A stretch of 45,004 nt of DNA, counting the filler, from Catajapyx aquilonaris (taxonomy: Eukaryota), in NCBI GenBank assembly GCA_000934665.2. It is 2 parts of 2 records of this genome, joined end to end, with 100 filler letters (N's around TTAATTAATTAA, not from the genome) between each part and the next. Parts side by side here need not be neighbours in the genome. Positions count along the whole stretch, not along the records: positions 22,526 to 45,004 come from JYFJ02005866.1; 1 more part is not named here. One strand, 5' to 3'. The notes under the pieces were generated by a model. That model ran no database searches, was not told where the DNA came from, and saw nothing but the letters and a program-made list of their open reading frames with translations. Of this stretch, positions 35,925 through 45,004 are shown in pieces. Made by a program: the position numbers and the translations under genes. Each line of letters opens with the position of its first letter. The stretch's first letter is position 1.

Positions 35925-36310
35925 CCAGGTGTAAATGAGATAAGTGCGCTTTTTTCCGAATGACAGAGTGACTCGAAAGAAACCTTTTTTGCCAATTGGG
36001 TTTGTCACGTGTCATAGAAACACGTCATACCCTCAGTAACGATAGTAATACCATGGTTACTATGGAACAGGTTTCATGGTGCTCACTATGGTTACCACAG
36101 TTTGACATGTTCGTGACGTCATTGTCTGATGGAGCAACTGTTGTGGTAGCATGGGAACCATGGTATTACGTGTTTCTGTGATGCGTGACAAACCCTCTTT
36201 TTCTGACTTAGCGGACGCGTTTGGGGCACCAAGTGTATTGGTAAGAAATGTTTCTTTTCAATCACTCTATCATTAAGCAAAAAACGCGCACTTCTGTCAT
36301 TTACACCTTG
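35925..36310. mobile_element. Tc1/mariner-type MITE
   Basis: TA|ccaggtgtaaatga.a.aagtgcgc ... gcgcacttctgtcatttacaccttg|TA with an internal palindrome. Confidence 0.8.
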
Positions 36311-36490
36311 TATATGCTGTTATTCTGAAATCATAAATGTAAATGAAGCCATATTTTTCTACAAATGCTGTCAAAGTGGGGAGGGTCGGTTTAGACAAAT
36401 TTGCTTTGAAAATAAAGATTTTAATTACTGTACTATTTTATTAGAACCAGGATGCTTCACTAACAAAAAGAAAATATTGAAAAAAGCATA

Positions 36491-36971
36491 AGTGGGCTCT
36501 ACACAGGCGGTCCAACACTGACTCAGACTCTCCGACTTGGAGGCATCGGACACCCTCTTCAGACAGAGGTCTGCTGTTCGATGTCCGATGTTCGAAGGTG
36601 GGGGGACACGTTTTTTGTGGAGGAGGGTGGAGGGTGGGGGACAAGTTTTGGAGAGGTGATGGTGGAGTGGGGGCAAAGTTTGTTTACTATGTTTAGGTGG
36701 AGGTGACGGTGGTGTGGGGGGCAGTGAGTTCGATGGGAAGGAACCTCTAGCCAATCAGAGAGCCGCTTTCCTCCGACTGTCCATTCACAGAGTCACTCCA
36801 ACATCTTGCCCTGCCCACTCTCCAGTCTCCGATCTGCCTACTAGTAGGTGACTTGAGTTGGCCTCCCTGGCTCTGCCGTCGGATCTGACACAGAATGCCA
36901 TTTACCCAGAAGGTCTGGTGGTCGAAACCGGTCTGAGTCTTGAGTCGGACCGACTGTAGAGAGAGCCCACT
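36491..36971. mobile_element. PIF/Harbinger-like MITE
   Basis: TIRs agtgggctct.c..cag.cggtcc..ac...gactcagac / gtctgagtc...ggaccgactg..gagagcccact. Confidence 0.7.
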
Positions 36972-37151
36972 TTAGGAAATGCAGGCAGAGTAACTTTGAA
37001 ATGTGTTGGGCTAAATTTTCATTTGATATTGTTAACAGACAGAATGGTCGAAGGTTTTCTCACAATGTTTAGATCGTGACAAAGTGTACTTTTGCACCTG
37101 CAGTTCATTGAGCAATGCAGTAAAACCTTTTCTTGATTTGTTTTCATTCAG

Positions 37152-37264
37152 GAGTGGGATTGTACATCATGGTGCGTCGGTGGCGGTTGGCCAATCTTCC
37201 TCAGACCCTGAGTGACAAGAGCAGCAATCCAGACTCATTTGGATACATCGACGACTCTGTGCGG
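37152..37264 (+). CDS. Mucin-like membrane protein, exon 3 (end of TM, stop-transfer, juxtamembrane tail)
   Basis: Acceptor ttttcattcag|GA, phase 1; GVGLYIMVRRWRLANLPQTLSDKSSNPDSFGYIDDSVR; donor |gtaaac, phase 0. Confidence 0.9.
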
Positions 37265-37600
37265 GTAAACTTATCTCTCTCCCTTCCTCTTCGGGGTTGC
37301 TAACTTTTTTTGTGTGTGCTTATTGCATATTGGAACTATGCCACCTTTCTGCTCAAAATGCACTGTGTGCTTCCATATTTCTCGCACTAGATTACTAATG
37401 TTGCACAAATTAATCTGTTATTGCTGTTATCAGCGCAATCTTTACTAGAATAATCTTTCTCCAATGTATTGAACTTTGAGGGTCAGCCCACGAAGGGGAA
37501 GGTCATGTTGAAATTAATTATAGCACAGGGTACTGACATTATTCTTTCTTTTTTCTCTGCCTCTCTTCTGGCTTTTGTTTGTACTTGTGAATTATTTTAG

Positions 37601-37708
37601 GATGCAGAGGAGATGCTGAGCCTGGACAACGACTCATTCCTGAACAGCCTGGAGGCTGTCACTTTCCAAAATTATTGGACGGACAGTGTAAGGCACACAA
37701 AATTGTGA
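37601..37708 (+). CDS. Mucin-like membrane protein, exon 4 (C-terminus, PDZ-type HTKL*)
   Basis: Acceptor attttag|GAT; DAEEMLSLDNDSFLNSLEAVTFQNYWTDSVRHTKL*; the four exons total 780 nt = 259 aa + stop; followed by ~1.7 kb without recognisable repeats and AATAAA at ~39390. Confidence 0.9.
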   Translation, partial: DAEEMLSLDNDSFLNSLEAVTFQNYWTDSVRHTKL

Positions 37709-39737
37709 CTTGGCCCAGCAGAGACTCACATTTCATTTGCCCTCCCTGTCATTTACTAGTCAATCATTGTGCAATTCTGTAGTATTATTATTATTCAAGT
37801 GCCTTGGTGCAATAATTTGGACTAGGAACTTCCGGCTAGTATCTGATGACAGCCATACCCAATTTTATGCATATTTGTTTTAGGTGTACTACATATATTT
37901 TAATATTATTTTTTGTCATATGTCGAGTATTTTTTAAATGCGCATGAGTTATTTTTAGTCCCAGTATAATGATTTGACACTATCTCACATCAGTAGTTGC
38001 GAGAGAACATATCAGTATTATTTGATTATGCGACCCACGTTAGCAAGGTTGCAACACCTTGCCAGGATAATGAGCAACACTCCCAAAAAAAAGGCACAGA
38101 GAAAAAGGACTTCCAAATCGTCTATGCTTTGGTGAGCAACAAAAAGGTTGTGTAGTGGATTTTGGTTGTGTCCTTGCATTGTCAAGGAAAACAAAGGGTA
38201 GCAAAAGTGAAACAGTAAAAAAAAAAAGAGATTGACTGTGCATGTTATGGGTTGGGAAGTCAGCCCTACACTTGCAAGTGCATACATGCAACTACATATT
38301 TCACATGTTACCTGGCAAATATCCAGGGATTCTTTAGGATAGTTTTTTTCATGTCCATTACTCCCCTTCTCATGTCAGAGGCTGTGTAATAAGCATGGCT
38401 TTAGTTGCTATTGTTGCATTTTTGATCTCTTAACAGTGCTTGCTGAAGGGACCAAGGAAAACTGTTTACCAATATGATTTGCCACATATCAGTAGGTTAT
38501 TATGACTTTTGTAGTCCTTGCATCAAGCACTAAATGTAACTCATTTTTCAGAGTGCAACAGCAGTTATGCAGCCTCTGGTTTTAAAACTGATGGGAAGGG
38601 TTTAGTGGAATTACAAAGTTCAGTGAATTGAAAGTGGACTGGTTACCTGTTCAGGACATTGTTGTGGATTAATCAAGACACAAGAATTCTAGAGCTTTGC
38701 TATAAAGGTGTCATCCACCCGTGGACCACAGAGCGGATATCTGAGTAGCAATAGGGCTAGTAGAAATTCCTGCAGTAATGCACTACCAGGGTGAATGTAG
38801 GAGTCAGCAAATGAGAGAAATATGATGACTTGGGGGAGAGAGAGGCCCAGTGGGATCCATGCCTCATTCTTATGAGTTGCATATGGAAGGGTTTGCATTT
38901 TAATTTAAACTGGCTCTCATGCTACTTGGGCATCAGCCAGAATTTGTTCAGTTCACTGGACATGAAACCATGGTGAAGCATGGAATATTTGTTCCTTGGT
39001 TTATTTTCAAACATGTCGGCACATGGTTGACTGGTCCTCATTCACTCCACTGAACATGGTACGTGATGTAAGAGTCCTTTGGGTTACCTGTTGAGCTGTT
39101 GTTATTTTTCTGTACATTTTTGAAATAGTTTATGAGATATGTGTGTGTTTTAGGAGGAGAGATTTCTAGGAAGACGGTAGGATTGAAAAGTTTCATGTGT
39201 GATACAATTTTTAATCCATCCATGAAAATATCAGTTGCATTTTATTTCCACTGTGTTTTCCATCAGTAAAGCAAAGTCACAAGTTCCACCAGTAAGATTT
39301 ACCCGTGTTTTTTAAAAGTCTCAACCAAAATAAGGCACTGTATTCGTACACGGTACCTGCAATCATGCCAGTTTTAAGGGCATCATGTAAATAAAAATGG
39401 ACATAACAAACCTACATGTTTCTTACTTATGTGACAAATTCCTTTTACTACAGGAAAGGAAAGAAATCTCAGTTGTAGTGTAAACTGGTTCTTCTATAAT
39501 GAGGGGTAAATCACTCAGTAGTTGAGTGTACAATGGATAGGACCTGGACATGTGAGAATTGGTGTCTACCATACAACAGACTTGAAGTGTGATTTACTCC
39601 TGTTCTATAAGTCGCTTTAGGGTGACGTGGGCAAGGCCAAAAGGCATGGATATATTGGTTAAAAATGGGTGCCAGCCATCAGGTTGGCATAGCATGTTGC
39701 ACCATATCTTCCTGCAATCGACACAGTAAGGTAAGGT

Positions 39738-40155
39738 GGGGAGGCGAAGTGGTGCTGCGGTAACGTACATGCCCGTGGATGTTAAGGTCCCAGGGACACC
39801 CCCTCCATCTCGTGCAGAGTTCAGGGTAAAGGCCATTTCACAAAAAAAATGTCGCACGGTTGGCAACAATAAATATAAATAAAAATTTGCCGCAAGTCGC
39901 GCCGTTTGCCGCGCGACATTTTTTTTGTGAAATGGCCTTAACCTCTGGCTTCATATCGGGTGGTATTTCCAATAGACTAAAGCACCCAGGGGAGTTCACT
40001 AAAATTGGCCACACAAGGACATAGCACTGCACCTTGCACATCCCCTCCTGTCATCCTGCCCGTGGGCCCAGGCGCTTCAATACTTAGGTTCCGAAAATGT
40101 ACATGGTACAAATAAAGGTCCATGCTACATGCCGAGAGGCCATGCACTACTCGGA

Positions 40156-40206
<51 letters not shown>

Positions 40207-40211
40207 ATTAT
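39738..40211 (+). mobile_element. tRNA-derived SINE, family A, carrying a nested MITE
   Basis: 18-bp TSD gacacagtaaggtaaggt at 39720-39737 and 40212-40229; (TTA)n tail. Confidence 0.9.
39830..39938. mobile_element. PIF/Harbinger (Tourist-like) MITE
   Basis: TAA|aggccatttcacaaaaaaaatgtcgc ... gcgacattttttttgtgaaatggcct|TAA; interrupts a SINE. Confidence 0.9.
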
Positions 40212-40264
40212 GACACAGTAAGGTAAGGTTTGCATTTGTTTCTCCTGTGACTCGTATGCATTCT

Positions 40265-40452
40265 GTACTATTAACTACAAAAGTAATGTCGCACTGTCAT
40301 GTGATGCCGTCTGTGATTTGTTTAGCGCGGGTGTTGCCGAGTTACGGATGTAAATTTGGCAATATTCCAGAATCCACAACCCATGCTAAACAACAGTAGG
40401 TCGTGGACGCCATCACATAACAGTGCAACATTACTTTTGCGGTTAATAGCAC
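40265..40452. mobile_element. Foldback MITE
   Basis: gtactattaactacaaaagtaatgtcgcactgtcatgtgatg / catcacataacagtgcaacattacttttgcggttaatagcac. Confidence 0.75.
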
Positions 40453-40511
40453 ATGTACTAGGTATGAGGTTTTGGAGGGAAGTGTTAATAGGCCCTAATA
40501 AATAATGACAA

Positions 40512-40851
40512 TATAATAATAATTAATAATAATTCTTGGGTAGTGCCTGACCCTATATAGGGTATGCAGCACGGACCTTTATTGTAACTTATACATAGAC
40601 CATATTTTTGAACGCCCGGGCCCACAGGCAGGATGACAGGAGGGGATGTGCAAGGTGCAGTGCATCTGACGCTGTGGCCATTTTTAGTGAATCCCCCGGG
40701 TGGTTTAGTCTGTGAAAATACCACCCGAGACGAAGCCAGAGGTGACCCTGAACTCTGCTTGAGATGAAGGGGGTGTCCCCAGGCAGGGATCGAACCCGGG
40801 ACCTTAATATCCATGGGCGCATACGTTACCGCAGCACCACTCCGCCTCCCC
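40512..40851 (-). mobile_element. tRNA-derived SINE, family A
   Basis: Full body; TSD aataaat(a/t)atgacaa at 40497-40511 and 40852-40866. Confidence 0.88.
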
Positions 40852-40930
40852 AATAAATTATGACAAGAAAAAAAACACTCTTGAAAATTTAGTCTTAATA
40901 ATCATCATATGGGCATATATCTGTCTACAG

Positions 40931-41170
40931 CAGTGGTTCCCAACCTGTTTTTTTGGGGCGGGTCGTGCGTGGCCACGGTTATTTTTGTAAATTAAAAAAT
41001 TCCTAACAAAAAAATTAATAAAATAAATTTTATACGTAATTTCATCATGAAGGTTTTTTAAAACACCTACTAACACTTGGGGAGAGGGGGGGGGGGGGTT
41101 GCAGGTTACTTGACTGTGACTTGACTATCATAAATGGGGGTTGCGACCTGAATAAAGTTGGGAACCATTG
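40931..41170. mobile_element. hAT-type MITE
   Basis: cagtggttcccaac ... gttgggaaccattg termini; 8-bp TSD not preserved. Confidence 0.7.
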
Positions 41171-41758
41171 TACCACCCAAAGTGACACAAAATTCATAAT
41201 TCTCCTGCCACAAATGATGCTGAGTGAGCACTATCAAGCATAACTACTTGAATGTAACTATTTGCCTTGTTACTCATCATGGGCTCCACTGCAATATTAT
41301 ACAGTTTGTTTCTTGAAGCTGTAAGACCGTGCTTCATAAGACCCAGATGAAAGGGTTCTATTAGCCATGTTTTCCTCACTTCCCTTCTAATGACCTCCAC
41401 CAGCCAAGAACTAAATACTCGTCTAATAGATCTTGCTTCAGATATCAGAACTGATCAAAATGAATCACACATCCGGAAGTGGAAGGTGCACAAGCACTCA
41501 AAATCCTTGGTTTCCCCCGTGCCGTGGTATGGAAAGCGAGATCAGACCCTGGTACCGAACAATGCAGACCAGCATTCGGCCTCAGCCAGAAAGAATGGGC
41601 CGCCGCCCTTCAGGAAAAGAATCTAGGAAGTCCGGCAAGCAGCACGTGAAGGTCGTCCAGAAGTCAGGTGAGAATCCGGATTCTGTCAAGTAGTTCCAAT
41701 CCTGCTTGGAAGGAGGAGGGGAGTGGGCAGAGGGGGGGCGCCGCACTGATGCCATGCG

Positions 41759-41938
41759 ATGCGAGAGGCAGCTCAGACAGAGGAGTCGAGTCGGCAGAGG
41801 GAGCGTAGGCAGCTGCAGAAGGCACACGACCACCCGGGGGATCCGCCTGTCCTTCACCTCATCCTCAACCATCCCCTGACTGGCCCCCCACTCAGCCGAG
41901 ATCTCGGACAAGCAGGACCCACAGGAGATAGAACAATG
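41759..41938 (+). CDS. Rab32: Probable upstream exon of Rab32/38, ending in ATG|gtgagt (start at 41936 or at in-frame ATG 41759)
   Basis: GC-rich region; strong donor gtgagt right after acaATG; phase 0 fits the acceptor at 42993. Confidence 0.6.
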
Positions 41939-42992
41939 GTGAGTGCAGTGCATGCCGGTCATGTGCCTGGCCCCGCCACACACACACACATGAAAAGGTG
42001 CAAGGAATCATGGATGGATGGTTGGAAAATAGTTGTATGTGGAGCAGCGTCTTAATCTTATCCCAGGCCTGCTTCGGGAGATAAGCCGCTTTTGAAGGAT
42101 CGGGGATGGGTGCAGGAGGGAATGACTGAGGGATAATATACTGTAGAAGGGAGGGGGGTCACGACCTTGAGGCTGGTGCTGACCACCTGTCATGGAGGTG
42201 ACCCAAGAGTGGAGGGGGAGCAAGGAAGGGTTGTTTTTTTTTCCACCTTCCAGAACACCCCATTTTTGTGAGGCACCTGCCACATGATAGTTTTACAAGT
42301 GGATGATGCAGTGTGTTGTGTACAGGAGGAGGTCCAGTGTGTTGCTGGATGACGCTTGGGGTGCAAAGGCAGGTAAACTCATGTTGCGCACAACAGCAGG
42401 AAGGAGATTGCTGGCATTTGGCTGAAGACTGGCAACAGCATGCCTATGTTACATGCGAAATAAATGATAATTCGATATGGTGATGGGGTTGATGAGTTAC
42501 TTGTGGCAACTTGGAACATGGACTAATTTGTGCATGTCTTTGACATGGATATTAATGTAAGCCAGTGTCAAAGATAGGCACAAATTTAACATGATGACAT
42601 ACTTTAAATGCCGTAATGGCAGCAGTTGCAGCTTATGGTGACAGGTTTTTCAGGCCAATCAGTTATCATAATAAATGTGCTGTAGTTCAGATGCCTTATC
42701 AAATTAGGTTTTGGATTATGATGGACCAGCCGATATTCAGTTATGCCTGTGTAGTCTAGTAGTTGCCACCTAACTTTAACAGTGTGACATGGACAGTCAC
42801 CAAGGCCTGTTTGCAGCATTGATTTCAATCGGGACATATTTGGATTGGGATCTATTGGAACCTGGATTTCGTCGCATTAAATACAGGCCCCCACCAACAA
42901 TCTTCCGCTTGCATCCTCTGAGAGTAGGAGTCTTTTTGATAACCAAGGGCATTTTTGTATCATGCTAATCATACCTTTTCACTTTGTTCTAG

Positions 42993-43412
42993 GCACAGAG
43001 CAGTGGAGGAGCCAACAATGCCACTGGGAATGGAACACGCCAAGAGCACCTCTACAAAGTCTTGGTGATTGGTGAGCTTGGTACTGGAAAGACTTCAATA
43101 ATCAAGCGCTATGTGCACCAGTTCTTCTCAAACTACTATCGGGCTACCATTGGAGTGGACTTTGCTCTGAAGGTTCTGAGCTGGGATTCAGGGAACACCG
43201 TGGTGCGTCTGCAACTGTGGGACATTGCGGGCCAGGAGAGATTTGGGAACATGACCCGTGTGTACTACAAAGAAGCGGTAGGGGCCTTTGTGGTGTTTGA
43301 TATCACCAAAGCAACTTCCTTTGAGGCGGTCACCAAATGGAAGCAAGACCTTGATGCTAAGGTTCAGCTTGCTGATGGGAAGCCGATCCCATGCGTGCTG
43401 CTTGCCAACAAG
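42993..43412 (+). CDS. Rab32: Rab32/Rab38-family small GTPase, main coding exon (gene continues past the window)
   Basis: Acceptor tttgttctag|; EHLYKVLVIGELGTGKTSIIKRYVHQFFS..YRATIGVDFALKV...WDIAGQERFGNMTRVYYKEAVGAF...PCVLLANK|gt; WDIAGQE is characteristic of the Rab32/38/29 group. Confidence 0.96.
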
Positions 43413-43702
43413 GTTCATGTCTTTCTTTTTTTTATTGCTTCCTTATTGCAATTTCTTTTGTTTGGATTGCCATTTCCTCAGGCATATTTAGGAAGTTAGT
43501 GACCAGTGAATTTTGTTAATTTTCCCAGAGCCTTAGAATTGTATAGAGCAGTGCCTGCCAAACATTTTCACTAGGAAAAGAAAAACATTCAAAATTTATG
43601 ATGCTTTCTCTCACCCCTGTGCACAATCACTTTTTGCTATTTGCTTGTTTTCTGTGGGGTAGGTACATTTTCATGACAATGCTTTCGAGCCTTGGTAACA
43701 TT

Positions 43703-43845
43703 GCCGTTTTCTCAAACAGTGGTTCAAATGTAAACCCGGTTCAAAGCCGGTTTAAACCCTTGACAACAGCCTAACAACAATCAAATCAGGGATTAAACTG
43801 GCTTTGAACCCGGTTTACATTTGAACCACTGTTCGAGAAAATGGC
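43703..43845. mobile_element. Harbinger-like hairpin MITE
   Basis: gccgttttctcaaacagtggttcaaatgtaaacc... / ...ggtttacatttgaaccactgttcgagaaaatggc. Confidence 0.8.
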
Positions 43846-44019
43846 CCAGTGAAACCTGATTGTAACAGATCCTGGATACACCAGAAACTTGCCCAACTTT
43901 TGCTTGATCCCAATGGGGGGATTTTTCGGTGTGCAGTATTTCTCTAGGCATGTGAGATGGAAACCTGTTCTGGGCAGAAACTTTTTGCAGGACTCTGGTA
44001 TAGACTAGTATCACTGTAA

Positions 44020-44171
44020 AGGTGTGTTTGCATGTGAGCAATTTGACGAGCGACGTCTTTGCCGAGGCTGCGTAACCCAAGTAACCAATATTGTTTGAGG
44101 CGAAAATTGATTGTTAATTTCAGTCTCAGTGAAGATTTCGCTTGTCAAATCGCTCACATGTAAGCACACCT
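44020..44171. mobile_element. PIF/Harbinger MITE
   Basis: TAA|aggtgtg.tt.catgtgagc.atttgac.agcga ... tcgcttgtcaaatcgctcacatgtaagcacacct|TAA. Confidence 0.82.
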
Positions 44172-44426
44172 TAAATCAGCGGTTTTCAAACTGGGGGCGC
44201 GCGAAGCGAATCCAAAAATTATGTGACTTGAAACAGGACAATAGTCGCACTGATCAGGTAAGAACTACTTCTCAGGGCTTACTGTCGTGTGCAGTTCTAC
44301 ACAATTCGTGCAGTTTCTGAAAGCCAAATGTGCAGGTCTGAATAAGGATTTGTGCAGTCAGATAATGGCAGACAAGTGTGTTATATCGGATTCAACTGCT
44401 CTTGGACATTGGCACAGTTGGAAATA

Positions 44427-45004
44427 CGAGGGGCGGTCATAAAGTTCTTACAATCACCACGAAAGACTGCGGACAGCGGCGAATTTTCGCTGCTGGGGCG
44501 TAAGCACGTTACTCTAATATGCGCAGGCGCAGAGAATCGCACTCTGTAGTTTTCTAGCCCACCGCCAGAGCAGGGAATTCAAGATGGCGCATGCCGCAGG
44601 AAAAGTCGAGCTGCGTGGTGTGATTATGTTTTTATTTTTGAAGGGGAAGAATGCCTAAGAAATCCATGCAGAGTTGGTGGATGTGTACGGGGACAATGCC
44701 CTATCCTATGAGACAGTCGCCAAGTGGCAGTGACGTTTCAATTGTGGCCAGACAAGCCTGGAAGATGACACCTGCAGTGGGCATCCCTCCGTCAGTGACG
44801 AGTCACAAATCGAGGCCCTGGTCATGGAAGACCGCCGCATCACAGTCGAACAGATCATGCACAAAGTCAAGATAAGACACGGCACCATTTGCAACATCCT
44901 TCATGATGTCCTGCACATGTTAAAGGTCTCCGCACAGTGGGTGCCACGACTCCTCACGCAGGCTCATTTGACGTGGCTCATTTGACGCAGAAGACTGTGA
45001 TGCT
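44427..45004 (+). mobile_element. Degenerate mariner, 5' part (in Rab32 intron)
   Basis: TA|cgaggggcggtc TIR; EIHAELVDVYGDNALSYETVAKW..RF..G.TSLEDD..SG.P...EDRRITV...KVSAQWVPRLL with in-frame stops. Confidence 0.9.

Noticed and set aside
43413..43499. Hydrophobic C-terminal extension of Rab32 (VHVFLFFIASLL...)
   Set aside because: Intron read-through after the ANK|gt donor; the NKxD motif and prenylated tail must come from exons beyond the window

Overview
Eukaryotic nuclear DNA, very probably arthropod (insect-like ND5 NUMT, Inr+DPE core promoter, RTE LINE and tRNA-SINE repertoire). It is repeat-rich, and an artificial 100-bp spacer (44N-TTAATTAATTAA-44N, 22426-22525) splits it in two. Left half: local duplications with RTE LINE 3' ends, and a ~10.7-kb inverted, partly scrambled duplication of a dead ankyrin-repeat/SOCS-box (ASB-like) gene (~4700-8453 on +, ~8590-15420 on -) whose 1.2-kb last-exon arms could form a long hairpin RNA. 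It also holds a Tigger3/MER2-like DNA transposon, an ND5 NUMT and the 3' exons of a candidate minus-strand two-TM gene. Right half: a complete 4-exon gene for a 259-aa type I mucin-like membrane protein with a PDZ-type tail (HTKL), probably head-to-head with the minus-strand gene, and the 5' part of Rab32/38. About six tRNA-SINE families (many with clean TSDs), degenerate mariners and many foldback MITEs are spread throughout. No prokaryotic system, CRISPR array, rRNA or true tRNA gene is seen. Family names are from memory and manual reading, not from database searches.
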